Assembly (NCBI GenBank): GCA_964035545.1
Contig: OZ037773.1
Span: 6,477,751-6,541,750, forward strand
Direction of reading: 5' to 3'
Length of the DNA stretch: 64,000 nt
DNA from: Bugula neritina
Lineage: Eukaryota > Animalia > Bryozoa
Below the pieces are notes generated by a model, which was not told where the DNA came from, made no database searches, and worked only from the letters and a program-made list of their open reading frames with translations. Shown in pieces: positions 26,280 to 44,596 of the stretch. The translations under genes and the position numbers were made by a program. Position 1 is the stretch's first letter, and each line of letters begins with the position of its first letter.

Positions 26280-29200
26280 ATGGGAGGTGATGCCAGCAAA
26301 GAACTGACCAGTGAAGAGCTGTTGGAGTTGGAGCGTAGAACACATTGTAAGTCAAATAAACGTATGCTGTTCTAGTGTTAGTAGTAGGTATATATATGTC
26401 ACGTTGCTTAGTGTAATCCAGTGGAGTACATGTATACTTACAATTGATTAGTGCAATAGTGTGCTTTAAACTTAGTTGTATTCACTTGCATATACGCGTA
26501 CTTAATTTTATCCTCACCTTTTTTCTGCATTTACTTTATATTATAATTATAATTATTGACATATTCAGTTGTAGCAACTTTTATTAACTTGGATTAGTTT
26601 ATTTAGTTGGATTCACTTATATTCTCTAGTATATTTGTTTGCTCTTAATTATAATTAATTGTATTATATAATTGCATGAATTTACTAATGTCAACGTGTG
26701 TTTACTTGTCTTTGCTTATATCTATTTTTATTGTACTTTTATAACAGTATTTGACCTCATAGTTCTTTGACTATATAGCTGCTCAGCCATGCAACAATTG
26801 TATCTTTGGCTCGTAAATATTCTTCAGTAGCCCTTGAGGCAGAGGCTTTTAGTCACCCTGAATGGAATTTGCTAATTGATTTTTAGAACTGGCAGCAGAT
26901 AATAAATCTCATTCTCTTCTCATGCAATTTAAAGCTGTAGATGACCAACTATAGCAGTTATTCATATGTCTATGCAGTCTTGTGCGTTATGAGAAGTTGT
27001 AAAATATGTGGGACATGTTGGTATATATCCTAATACTTATCTTATAACAAATCATACATAGAATTTCTCTCTTTCTTTTTAACTTACTGGTGTTTATGAA
27101 ATTCTTTTTAGAATATTTTCAAAACTTTTGTTAAGGCTTGCATATTTTAATCAACCACAACTTTTTCCAAAACAATGTTTTGAACACTAGGCAAACATTT
27201 TTAGATTTTCAAGGATAAATTGATTAGTAAAGTAATATTTTACTCAAAATTAAAAATTATTGGTGTAATCTTTTTGAGAATTATCTACATTGCAATTCAT
27301 CTAATAGATTTCTTGTTTAAATAAGAAGATGCTAGTTTTGCATAATCCTATCCTTTTTGGTTTAGCTGAGTAAAACCCTCAGGATTTACTAGTTGATTAC
27401 TTTGTATAGTGACCGAGAAAGATGAGTCATTGTGGCCAGTATATATAAGTATTAACACCTCACGTCGGCTTAATTGGTTTACTTTGTAATAATCTATGTC
27501 ATAATTTATGATCTTCAACACTGATGGAGGTGGAAGAAAAACTTTTTGCTGCGCTCATCTATGTTAGCATGATTACAGAATAAAAAGTTGTGCAATGCTA
27601 GTAACAATTTTTGCATTATATAACATGTAAAGAAATAAAGTGATCATTTTTATGAATTACCTCATTGCTGTCATGTAGCAATAAGCTATTTATAGGTTTT
27701 CACTCACCAATTGCTTTTAAATTTATCATAAATATATATTTTTATATTTTTTACAGTTACAAAGAAAGAAATTCGATTGTGGTGAGTGAATATAGCTTAT
27801 ATACATGCTGATTAGCTGAATGACTTGTTAACACTGAGTGTGTTATATTAGCCAGCGGACTTTCTAGAATCTTCTTACCAACTCAGAACAATGTCCATTC
27901 TTATAACTAATGGACTAGCTGATAAAACCACTGACCTCTACAGCTGCCGAATCAGTAGAGTGTTCAAATACATTTATAGTAGCAGTGGTGGAGAAATTAC
28001 GATAGCCTAAGTTTTTTAAATTTCTTTATAGAGTTTGGTTTGGACCTGAAATTCTCGCAAGAACATATGTAACTTCTTTTGCTACATTTCTAATCTAAAA
28101 CACAGATTTTTTTCAATTTCTCCATTACTGCATGCATCTACCTCTTCAAATAAGTCATCATAATTTAGGAACACTTTATAAATCTTAAACGTAGAACTAA
28201 CACATTTTAACGTTTTAGGCACAAATACTTTCTGAAAGATTGTCCATCTGGGAACCTGGGAAAAGAGGTGAGACAATACACAACTATAGCTAGTGTGACA
28301 GCTCAGTACCAGTTTGCTATAATATTTAGAATATTATATATACTATATAATGGGTTTATAATAGTGTCATGACATTAATTTCTCATGTAGGCTACATCTT
28401 TTGTAATACCATATATTAACATAGTGTGACTGAAGTGCTAGGGGCACTTGTTTGGTATATGACATGCTATGATAGGTGTCTACATGTCAAGCCTACAAAT
28501 TACACTAGGAATGTAGATAATATAGGGTTTAGTCATTACTTCCCCTGACCTATGTTGAAACACTTCAGAATGTGTTAGTATTACAGTACATGAGCATTAT
28601 TGCCCCATGGTTTCTATGATTTGTGCTTTTACACCCACAGATACTATTTATAGCAACTTTACAGACCACTTGGCATGCATAACATTTACTCTTTCTCTAC
28701 TAAGTATGCATATGGGAATAGCAGATTTGTCTCGATATCAACAAGTGACAAAACCTGAAATAAAGTTCTCAAGAAAGCAGGTTTAAGAAAAAAACTCCAT
28801 AGCTTGTTATCTAACAAAGTTCTGAATTTATAAAATTTACAATATAAACATTTCATAACATCGTCAAATTGAAATAAAGAGCTAAAATTTAAGCTGTATA
28901 ATCAGTTACCCTGATTAAATAACTTAAACAAGGTTTAGTGGTTAAAGTTACCTAAAATATCATTGTTGTGCATGGGTATAATTCAAAGCAGCTTGGTTTA
29001 CACTCAACATATTGATTCTACAACCCAAGAGCTTATTAACTCAAAAATCAATTCTGTTCTGTCATTGATTATGTTTATTACAAAATTTATTAGCGGTACA
29101 CATGGTAATAAACTTCATCTAGACCTCAAAGGACAAGCTCTGCCACACTTATTCTCTATTAATCATTGTAAGCGCTTTACATGCATGGGGAGGTGCTTTG

Positions 29201-30951
29201 TAAGATTTATTGTGAGTTGAGAATAAATAAATAAATAAATTGATGAGCCATAGATTTGTAGCTTTTATCTTTTATGTTTTTAATTTATTTTTATGCTTTT
29301 TTTATTTGAATGTTTTACTTTGCAGGATTTCCAGTTGATTTATAAGCAGATATTTCCAAATGGCAACCCGGCCAAGTTTTCCAAGTTTATATTCACTGTG
29401 TTTGACGCTGATTCCAGCGGCTCAATAACATTTGACGAGTTTATCAAAGCCCTGAGCGTCACAACTAGAGGCACTCTAAAACAGAAATTAACATGTGAGT
29501 GTTGCTATGGTTACGCTTTGCTGTATTGTCATTGGTTGACAAGCTCAGCCACTACCAGGTGTGTTATTGTGTACTGCGAGTTGATTTTTATATGGAAGTT
29601 TGACTTTAAGAAAACAGCAGTAGTACTCCTGGGATTTGTGCACTTCTGTAGCTGGTATTCAAATAATTATAATGTATGTCTTCAGTTCTTATATTTGCAT
29701 ATTTCAAACTTTAAAAATAAGCACTATAGTGCAGGACATGGGTTTGGTACACTATAACTATCTATGATATATTTTATCAAATATATGTTTTAAAAAGCAC
29801 TGGGGAGCATAGCGGAAACACCTGCAATAACTGCATAACTTAAGACAGTAAACATGAATACAATGTATGCAGCTGAATGCATTGGCTCTCTAAATGTAAT
29901 CGCAGACTACGCCTAATATAATAATAATTTGTTTAATGCTCGCAGTATACATGTATACTATTATATCTTGCTAATAATACCAAAACACTACAGATGCAGA
30001 GTAAACAATGAGATTATTTATAGCACACTGAGTTAATAATAACTCAAGCAAGACTGTTCTATATAATATTCTTCTGTAACTTACATGATTCAACATGACT
30101 ACATATAAAAAAACGCATGAGTATCTGTCTAAGATTATTGCAATACACGATGATGATTGCATCAGCATTTCAACAAAGTAAGTTAGTTTTGCATTTGTGT
30201 TACTCAAAAAGTATATAATATACGGGCTTTTGTATAATTTGTGTTGACAGTGCCTGCAATATCTTAAAAGGAAAAGCTAAATTCTCATTTTAAAATGGAG
30301 ATAGATTTTTTTAATTTTCAGGTAAAGAAACTCATTAATAAAATAAAACTCTGGAAACCACCAAATTTGCCAAATACACCTCTTTATATTTATGTGTTAT
30401 GCAATAAGTGAAGTGAGAAGCAATGAAGTAGAGTTATGCATACCAATTCATTACTCGGAAATCTAATTATCTTCCTAGGGGCATTCTCATTATACGACAT
30501 TGACAAGGATGGCAAAATCACCAGGGATGAGATGATTAATATAGTAACCGCCATCTTTGAGATGGTTGGTGACAAGATGGAGGAGAAACAGGAAACTCCG
30601 GCCTCCAGGGTGAATGTTGTTTTCACAGTCATGGATACAGTAAGTTCTATAAAATACATTTTTAACACTATTACATAAATGTGTTATTATTAAAATGTTT
30701 CTTCCTAAAGAAGTAGCATATACGTATTTTTTACAATTATTGATCAAGCAAAATATTTTCAAAACTGGGTCATGTTTATTGAAATATCATTTTTGGTGTT
30801 CTTTTTTTTATAATATTATTTTGGATTGTTCTAGAACCAAGATGGATACGTAACTATGGATGAATTCATTAATGGAGCCATGAAAGATCAATGGATAGTC
30901 ACTGCTTTATCTCTAGACCTCACTGGTCTACCTGCATCAGTTGAACCGTAA
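26280..30951 (+). CDS. ncs1: NCS-F: canonical neuronal calcium sensor 1 / frequenin-like protein, 195 aa, 6 exons (orthology not proven)
   Basis: Exons 26280-26346, 27757-27781, 28219-28267, 29326-29494, 30479-30639, 30835-30951, total 588 nt. MGGDASK myristoylation motif, [56 protein letters not shown]. Intact loops [36 protein letters not shown]. Confidence 0.93.
27978..28145 (-). mobile_element. MITE family 2
   Basis: Inverted ends GCAGTGGTGGAGAAATT and AATTTCTCCATTACTGC. Confidence 0.75.
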
Positions 30952-33900
30952 ATTGATCTCTTCTTGGATTTAGGAGCACCAGCTCTGTATATATAGGATT
31001 CACAGGACATCCCGGCCCTCCAGGCATACCCATCTATAACTAGTTTTATTAAAATTGACACATGCATATCTCATTATATGCTTGCGCAATATTTTTTTTA
31101 ATATTTTGATAAGATTTTATTAAAAGGTAGCTTGGCTGTTAATTGAAATATCAGCAATTTTTTTAAAAAGAAATTCTGCATAGTAATGGCGATTATCAAA
31201 AAGAGTTTTTGACAATATGCTTAACAGAATTTAAGAACTCGAAAACAAGGTAGACATTTCGATATATGTATTTGTTGGAATCATACTTTACAATAACCTA
31301 TGCTCTTTGCAAAACTAAACATTGCATATATTTTACATAGGTGTGGCCACTTGAATGTTTTGTAAGCATACATGTATGTCAAAACAACTAGCTTAATTGC
31401 TTATCTTTTTATGTAACGAAATTTAAAAAGCTTACATGCTGTATAATTTTACAATTTATTTTAATCTATGAAGTTTAGTACTGCTTCTCCTTATCTTTAT
31501 GAGCATTGGTTAAGTCATGTAATTGTTTAAATCAAATATAGCAACATACATTAAACAAATTATTATTATATCATTTTTTTCCCTAATTGTTTGTATTGAA
31601 ACCTAGACTGGGTTACTTCATAATGTATTAATTGCATACCAGAAAATTATAACTAAGCATCAAAATTAGCATTAGAATATACTATTAGTTTGGGGCAATT
31701 TCACGAGCTGGTCATAAACACGCATAGAAATGAAAGCTGAGACCCTGTAACAGTAGATCCGTATAAAAAAGAAAGTCAGAATTCGAACTGTATTTCTTTT
31801 ATTTTACAAAAGCAAGTTGCACTCTTTGTAGATTACGAGAAATTGAACAAATTTGTCAGCCAAAGACATTACCAAAACTTGCGTCTTTTTTCCTAAAGCT
31901 TTGACAAAGAGTCATGCAAGATTTAAAAGATATTCAATCATTTAATTAACTTGTAGCACATTATTAGTTTTAGCCAAAAACATATAAAATATGCAATGTA
32001 TTAGCAGCTAAAGTTTTATAGAATAGGTGAAAATAATAAAATATATTCTTAACCTATAATTGCTACTGCGTTGTATCATTTTATGTATTTTAAATTCAAC
32101 ACAATGCCTTTATAATATTTTACTCTACAGTCGAGTAATGTGAGGTTTCACTATGTGTGTCACTGTGTCACATGGAGTGGTTTATTGGTTCTTTATTTAC
32201 TTATTTTATATACCGGAAAACCTTTGGCCCCCTCTGACGCTATATGTTATATTATGCTAAATTCACTACTATTTACAATAGAGATTTGAGAGTGACTGAT
32301 CGCAAAAGCTGCAGCTAAATCCAGCACACATCTGTCAGTTGGCTACATAACAAAACTCTATTGCCCATCGAATTACAAGCCATTTAAAAGCCACACAGGC
32401 AAGCATGGGTGAGGTACAGCAGAGAGTTGAGCAGCAGGCAATTCATAAACTCAAGCTTTCCCAACCGCAAAGCCTGGGGTAGCCAAAGTGAACTAAGAGA
32501 TGACTAATATATCTTTACAGCTTTATTCTAACTACTATATTTTAGATTAAATATATGGCTGCATCAAACATTTTATCATAAAAACATTTTAAACAGAATA
32601 CATTTTAAAACTCTAGTAAAAAAGCTGTCTTGATTTATTCATGTTATAACCTTGTTTTTTAACTTTAAGATTAGAAACATAACTTCCAAAAATGGTACTG
32701 GATTATTATATTATGTAATTTAAATTGTAGAGTATGCAAACAAATAAATAATATTCTTACTTTTTATAATAACAACTTCAAAGCTGCATAAACAGTTTTA
32801 AAGACTGGGTATCTGTACAAAAGTGATGTTCTTAGACAAAAATAAATGTTCATAAATAATCAAATATCACAATTAACGTCTGGATCTTAGTACGGAAAGA
32901 AAACTCCTAATTCTTTCTTTTAAAAGACATTTGAACCACAATAGCATGTATAAACACCATACAAATCTTTTAAGCTATTTTGCTATTTAATGAATGCACA
33001 AGTTTGAGATTTGATCCTGATCTGTGAAACCATGTCTCATCTCACTGTATAGGTTTTAGTCCTTGTGGTAACTTGTGTCTAACCTACAAGTAGGAAACAA
33101 AAAGCGATATTTGGGACACATTGGTAATGATATAATAGCAAAAGCAAAGAGGTTTTGGACAGAAAGTTGGTTCAAAGACTACACTTCGATCCTAACTCAA
33201 AGTTGTATATGTAGCTTAGGCTGTAAAGTGCACTGCACTATTATTGTAAATATTGTTGACCCCAATGAACTAAAACTTCATAGTTTAGTTATGGTTTGGG
33301 GGTTTTGGGTTATAGTTCACTGGTTGACCTATTTTTCACTCGGGCTGGAGTTTTGTGGTTGGGAAGGCTTGGTTTTCTTGGCCTGCCTGCTGCTTGTTAT
33401 CTTGTCTAGCTGCTTCTACCATGCGTTTCATGCGTGGCATTTAAATAGGCTTATTCCTACAGCTAATGGGACTGAGTATTAAAGTATTATGTAACCAGCT
33501 ATTATAGTAGAGGTGTTATTAATTTTAGTTTATATGCCGTCATAGTACTTGCAAGTAGCATACAGTTACAAATTTTCAATATAATTATAAATAGTTGTGT
33601 GCCAGTAAAGTAACCAAAGGTCAGTACAAACTTATATTTTATTAATAAATTTCTGCATTTTATGCCCTGTATGTTTCATCAAACCTACTACAAGCAAGTT
33701 TCACTATCTACAACAAATAGCAGTGACCAACTCTATCACTATGCAATAACACTGAGTCACAGGCAATTAAAGTTTCTTGTATATACCTGCTAGTGCTATA
33801 TGCAACTAAATTTGCTATGTCTTGAGATTGACTTACTCTCAGGGTGAACCCCATTAAGCACAGTGTAAATAATACTCTTAGACCAGTGGCTGATAGCTAG

Positions 33901-34438
33901 GTACTGTTTGGGTTTGTGCACAATACAGCTGTTGTAGTTGTGATCCTGAAGATTCATTTAAAAATGTTTTCCTGCTCTCATTTCAATCACCAATGACTGG
34001 CACCATCATTCAGCACACAAAATACTCTGCAGTTAAAACTCTTTACAGCTGAAACTAATACAATGAAAAATCACCTTTGCTTTTACTTTTAGTGACAAAT
34101 AAATGACTGTTTAAAATACCCAACAGTTTTATGGTAATTTTGTGACTATAATTAGTGGTATAATCTGAAATAATCATCAACCTGAAACTAGTTTGGAATT
34201 CGGTTTGGTTGTCGTTCTAATAATTTATTGAAAATTTCTTCAACCAATTAAGGAGTTGCTTTATTGGGCTAGACACTTATAGACTTTAGCTTTTAGCTTT
34301 ATTGTAGCTTTTGTAAAGCTAAAATTCAATTCTAGCTTTCAGATGAATATATCTCTCAGTTTGTAAGTTTGTTGATCACTTGACACAGGAAAACACTGAG
34401 TTCTGAATATTCACAGAACTGACTATTTGACTACCAGG

Positions 34439-37225
34439 ATGGGAAATTCTACTAGCAGAGAACAAGCAGCAGACCTATATTTATCGGAGTTTAAGAAAGT
34501 TTGCTTATTGTCAAAAAAACAGCTTAACAAGTTGAAAAGAACTACCAGATGTAAGTAATTTATAACTTGATTGTGCTGCATCGTTTTTATCACAAAAATA
34601 CTTTTTACTAGCTAGAATTTGGATTTAAAACATTTAATACATGCTTTTAGTAGTTGTCGCTGATTTACCATTAGTCAGGAGCAAAGTAAATTAAATTTTT
34701 ATCAATTTGATAAGTATATGCAGAGTTGTGTTATTTTTGCAATTTTTAATTTTTTAATTGCAGTTTCAAAAGCTGAAATTGAAGAATGGTGAGTAACTAA
34801 ACTTTATACTTTTTTCTAAAGTGAATAAATTCCTTTGACCTTTTATTGATTATTTTAATTTTGATAATTTGAAACTATTGATTGCTATTGATTTTGAAAA
34901 CAAACTATTATTAATATTTCCAGGTACCTAATCTTCACAGACTTGTTTCCAGCGGGATATGCTACTAAAAACGTAAGTTCTGAATAGGTTTAGTAAGTTG
35001 CAAGTGTAGTGTGGAGTTTACCTGGCGGTCCTGGTGGTGTAATGGTTAGCACACTTGCTTGTAAGCCAGAGGTCTCGGGTTTGATTCTCAGTCGGGAAAA
35101 TTATTTTTCAGCAAGTTTCCTATATGTGCCGTAATTTAAATAGTCTTCACAAACCCATTTGAAAAACTGAATCAGGTTTTAAGCTTATGATGCATTTTAT
35201 TAATTGACGCTATGTTTGGTAAAATACATATTATATTTTTGTGACACTACAAAAAATATCAAACATACTAACTAATATTTTTATTGCTTTTGCTATTAAA
35301 ATTTTGTAACAATATAAACAATTTTTTTATAAATTTCTTTTCTTTTTAAACAAATTTTTTGCTAATTTTTAGTTAGCTTAAACATTTTAATTTTTTGTTT
35401 GCAATTTATAAATAATTTAAAAAACAAAAAAATATTAATTTAATGAACTGCTTTGACTAACTGTTATCCAATTTAACTTAAAAAAAAGAACTGTTTATAA
35501 TGATATTTTTCTTTGCAATAAAACTTGTAAAAAGTAAAAATGTTTGTGTGTCAGCACAACTGCCTCTATAAAATTTGTATGTCTGTGTCTGTTTCGTAGC
35601 GATTTGTCGGCCTATATATGGACGTATATCACATGGGCAAGCCTTTGGAACTTGCTGAAATGGTGTTTGGAGCTACTGGAATTGGTGAAGCGAAGGTCTT
35701 GACTTTTGACCTATTTTTGAAAGTGTTGGACATGACCATAAAAGGCAGTAAAGAAGAAAAACTCAAGTGTAAGTTGGGAATTAGCAACATCTTTTCAATT
35801 AGGTTTTGCATTATAAGGAAAAGTATCAAGTTCAAATACAATATATATTTCATCAGTTTCTATTAAAGTAAGTTTTATTACATAGTGAGCACTTTGTTTC
35901 AACTTTGAATTTATAGCCATATATAAATAACTTTGTTTTGTTATCAATTCCACTTTTCCAAAAGATGTAAGCAATTATTATCCCAGGCTTGTCTATGTTT
36001 AAACAATTTATTTTAATCTACTTTTCCAGTCTGTGGATAAATCTATTTTACTTTCAAAAGAGACAGTATTAAAAAATTCTATGCTGTTTTGCTTAGTACT
36101 TAAAATTACAACAACAAAAATTATTTTATTAAAGTTTTACTTGTAGGTACTATTTTATACATCTGATTTGTTGCAGTTGCGTTTGATGTGTATGATTTGA
36201 GAAACATGGATCAAATAAACCGATCGGAAATCATGTTCGTATTGGAGGCCATGTTTAAACTCACTGGCAAAAAGATGACCTTTGGTGATCAAAGTGACAT
36301 TCTAACCAGAACTACGACAGCATTTGAGGTTATGGACAAGGTATGCTGCCAGTTTATTTAACTGCATATGTCTTTGTTTTATAACAAAAATATAATTCTA
36401 AATTATTTGAATATTGTAACAAAATTTTAGATTAAACCTTATTCAAAACAACAAAATTCATGTTGTAGAATATAAAATATAGCAAACATGATATTTATGT
36501 TTATGTTATACTGTGCATTTAGGAGCAGTAGTGGAGAAATTGATATAGCCTATGTTCTTTAGTTTTTTTAATAAATTTTGGTTTGGGGCTTCAGTTGAAA
36601 TTATCATGAGAACATAACTTCTTATATGCTACATTTCTACTCTAGAACACAGACTTTTCTCAATTTCTCCATTACTAGTATACTTACCTCTAACTACGAT
36701 ATGCTATACTATGATTACATAGTAGAGTGTTATTTTCTTGCAATCTTTCTATAACGCGAAGTTTGTCAGCCTAAACTAGAATTGCTTTGAACTAAAAATG
36801 CTTTAAATGGTGCACTTTTTCTTCTATAGCTCTATATACACTTTGCTTCATAAAAGCTTTTGGGTATGAATATATCAAAATCTGCACATATGTTCTGTTG
36901 GAAGCTGTCTCAGAATGTTTATATTATACAATATATTCATGGTTTATATTTATTCACATAACATTATATAGCTGTGAGCAACACCATTGCTTTAGGGTTT
37001 AGTTCAACCTGTTTATATAACTACTTAATAAAAGTTACATATTTGAATAAAATTTATGTTTTTCCAGCACATAGATAGATCTATTGTATTTTTCTCTTGG
37101 TAATAAGAATAACTGTTCGCCATCTTTATTTTTAGATAAATTACTACGCTGTCAACTTTGATGACTTCAAAACTGCAATTGAGGAGGAGCCGTGGATTGC
37201 TGATGCGTTGAATATCAATTATTAA
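34439..37225 (+). CDS. NCS-G: divergent NCS-family protein with degenerate EF-hands, about 202 aa, 6 exons
   Basis: Exons 34439-34550, 34764-34788, 34924-34972, 35600-35768, 36177-36340, 37136-37225, total 609 nt in frame. Starts MGNSTS, has FSKAEIEEWY and FPAG. EF2 position reads GIGEAKVLTFDL. Confidence 0.87.
35005..35112 (+). other. tRNA-like repeat (family 3), probably a pseudo-tRNA
   Basis: GGTGGTGTAATGGTTAGCAC...CTTGTAA...GGTTTGATTC with poor stems; 5' flank shared with 52400-52770. Confidence 0.6.
36521..36690 (-). mobile_element. MITE family 2
   Basis: GAGCAGTAGTGGAGAAATTG...CAATTTCTCCATTACT...TACCTC. Confidence 0.75.
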
Positions 37226-37301
37226 TAAATTCAGTCTAGTTACAGGTAAAACTGTCTTATATAGAACTTCAATTTTATTCTTTGCACACTTACATGAAAA
37301 C

Positions 37302-37495
37302 TCACGCAAGTTTATAGTCACTATCCCTGAGAGAAACCCCTGACGGAAAAGGTGTTTTTAAATTGAGCTAATGACTTATTTATATGTGGCACAGCAGTAA
37401 TTATGATTGGATGCTTTTCCAAACATCACCAATCACCTTTGTCTAGGGTTCGAACCCATGACTATAGATTTACTTAACCAGCTCTCTAGCCCCTA
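37302..37495 (-). mobile_element. tRNA-derived SINE, family 1, in the NCS-G 3' region
   Basis: Reverse-strand core and GGTTCGAACCC B box. Confidence 0.75.
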
Positions 37496-38513
37496 AATAT
37501 GAGATTTAATACCACGTAATGTTGTTTTATGCTAGATGGTTATATCACCATTAATTATTGGTATATTGTAAATGTTGCAATGATGCAATGTATCATATGC
37601 ATATATATGTCAAACATTAATGCAATTGGTCCTTTGAAACTTTTGATTATGGAATCTTACCAATATAGTTTTTGCTGACAGCGTAGTTGAATTCATTATA
37701 TTATTTTTCAGAACTTTCAAAAAGAGCAAGTTGAAGGGGGACCTCTACTGACCTTGAGATATTGTAGTTCACTGCCTCCATTTATAATTACATATTTAAA
37801 TTTTCATGCAACTTTTTTGTACAATTATATGAGTGTGTTTTTTGGCTAAAAAGTAAATAAAAAAGATAGTTCACAAGTATTATGCAATTTGTATTATTTA
37901 AATTTGCTCTTTCCAATAAATCAACAATATATGAAGTAAAGCACTATTTCAGAAGTCACCAATCATGTTAGTTATTAAGTAAAAAATGTAATCTTATGAA
38001 AACATGCCTTGAAAACTAGTGCTTATGTTAGAGTTGTCACACCTTGTATTTTGGAGCTCTATTACTAAAAAGATCTTATTTTAATCTTGCAGCTTAAAAA
38101 ATATTTTGAAGAAAGCAATTCCCAACTTATTTGTGACTAAATATTATATATTTTTGAGTGACGCCAGCTTTAATGTTCTAACCATAGTATATAGAAACTC
38201 TATTCAATTTAGGACCACTATTTATCTTCAATGTTGAGTAAAAGTTAACTAATAATATGGTTGCTCTATATATAGAATTTTCTGTTTTTCTAAAATTAAA
38301 AGTTGACAATTTTATTTAGAACATATGATTAATGTGTTTTGCCATTGAAAGATTTAAATACTTCTTTTGTTTAATGTACAATAAACACTTGTAAGAGCTT
38401 AGTATTTCACACTTTATTGCAGTAAATAATTGTTTTTTTTAAATTTATGACAACTCATATCAATGTGAAGAAAGGAGTCAGGTAAACGAAAAGCAACAAA
38501 CATGCAAAGTAAT

Positions 38514-42748
<4,235 letters not shown>

Positions 42749-43149
42749 GCTAACTTTTTGAGAACGTTAATATACCTTCTATTCTTGTTAGAGTACTCAC
42801 AGGTAAACTTGTTGTAAAGAGAAAATGTTTTAAGGTTCTTTTTATAAAGTAATAGCTAACACTTTGTAAGTACATGTCTTATGACAGCCTAGAATAGCAT
42901 GCCAATAAAAGCTACAAGCTTGAAAGTCATTCTCAAACGTATACCTAAAGAATGTTCTAGAGCTTTCACAGTTCATTAATTGCTTATAACAAATGATGGC
43001 AGTGTAGCTCTAGTATTATGAAAGAACTATTATTACTATTGTTTCTTAAATTCTAGACTTTTTTGCCCAATAGCTATTTATGACATCACAGCTGACATAT
43101 GTATGCGCATCATCTCTATATTTTAGATTTGTTAGTGCGAGGACAAATG

Positions 43150-43337
43150 AACAGCCGTGGTCTAGAGTGTTTGGCTTAGTAAACATTAGATATGGGTTTG
43201 AACCCCAGTAAAGACCATTGGTGATGTTAGGACGAGCATCCAGTTATAATTGCTCCTGTGCCACATATAAATAGGTTCTTAGCCCTATCCATTGGGTTTC
43301 ACACAGGGATGGTGACTATAAACTTACATGGGAGTAT

Positions 43338-43380
<43 letters not shown>

Positions 43381-43381
43381 T
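43150..43381 (+). mobile_element. SINE family 1 followed by (GATT)n
   Basis: cagccgtggtctag...tggtgatgttaggacgagcatccag core, then about 10 GATT units at 43340-43381. Confidence 0.75.
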
Positions 43382-44596
43382 ATTACATATCACAAACATG
43401 ACAACACGTTGCAAAATTCAGTGTAAATACTGGCTATAATAAGTAGGAATGAACAAAAATAAGAGAAAAAATCAAAATTCTGTTGGATTATTTAAAATAA
43501 AAGCTCATTTAAAGTATTTACAAGATGTCGCAAGAAGCTATCTCTGCCCCATGCCCCTCTATATTTGATGGTTCGATATCTTCCAGAAGGGCATTGACTA
43601 AGAAAGTTATTGATGAAATGGTCATTGTCTGTTACAATGAGAGAGTGGTGTGTTTGTTATATAACTAATAAATTTAAAAGGAAGATAGTTTAAAAACATA
43701 GCATCATAATATTCTTAACTATTTTAATTTAATAAAAGAGCAAACCAAAAATTAATATAAAATGGTCAGAATATTATTTAGTATACGTTATATAACAAAC
43801 TTCAGGTTTGGATAGCACTGTTTTGGCTAATAGTTATTGACATATTAGAGAGTTTTGAATAAATTTTTAGTAGCAATAGGCATCTGCATGGTGGTATTAG
43901 TGTATTTTGTATGAAAGGTAGTTTTTTCTAAAACTCTGAGAGCAAAAGTCAGAAACTTCTATTTGGTGCTTTAAAGTTCATAGGTTGCCCTTTCTGCTTA
44001 AAAGGTAATGCAATTACGCAATTATATAATATACCTAAAATACAAATACATTTGATAGTTATATATCAGCATATTTTGTGTATCGGTCTGTTAGAAGTTA
44101 ATAACATTCTTTTTGTGTGCCTATATGTTGCAGCTATTCAATTTCAATTTGTGATGTTTCTACTGCGTCCTTATAGTTGTTCTTTTACAAATAATGTTGT
44201 GATATTTATTTTTTCTAATTTTGTCTATCCATACTCTGTATAGTAATATTGTAAGTATCTGCAACTTGCTATATTGTGAGACTTGGTTGAAGATATGTGA
44301 TTCTTTTACAAGCATCAACAGTGTGATTCTGAATTAAACAACTTTTGTGGTATAGCAAAAGAATCAACTATGGATGATGACATTAGTTTCAGGGAAGAAC
44401 TGTATTTATTAGCCAATTACAATTCTTAAGTGATTTACAAAAATATTAAACTGAATGAAAAATGAATATTATGAAAACAAACAGGAATGAAATACACTTT
44501 AATTATAAATATGTCAACTGTCATCAGCTCTGTCTCAGTATTATAGTTTATGCTGACGTGTTCTGACTTGGGGACATTGTTGACAGTTTTCGAAAG

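Noticed and set aside
33075-33482. 135-aa ORF between NCS-F and NCS-G
   Set aside because: Non-ATG start, no recognisable domain or splice context, and it overlaps low-complexity GT-rich sequence.
44505-44545. CTGATGA in the 3' UTRs of NCS-I and NCS-K, and other CTGATGA hits (2840, 3923, 5787, 8028)
   Set aside because: No stem II, GAAA or NUH arrangement follows, so these are not hammerheads.
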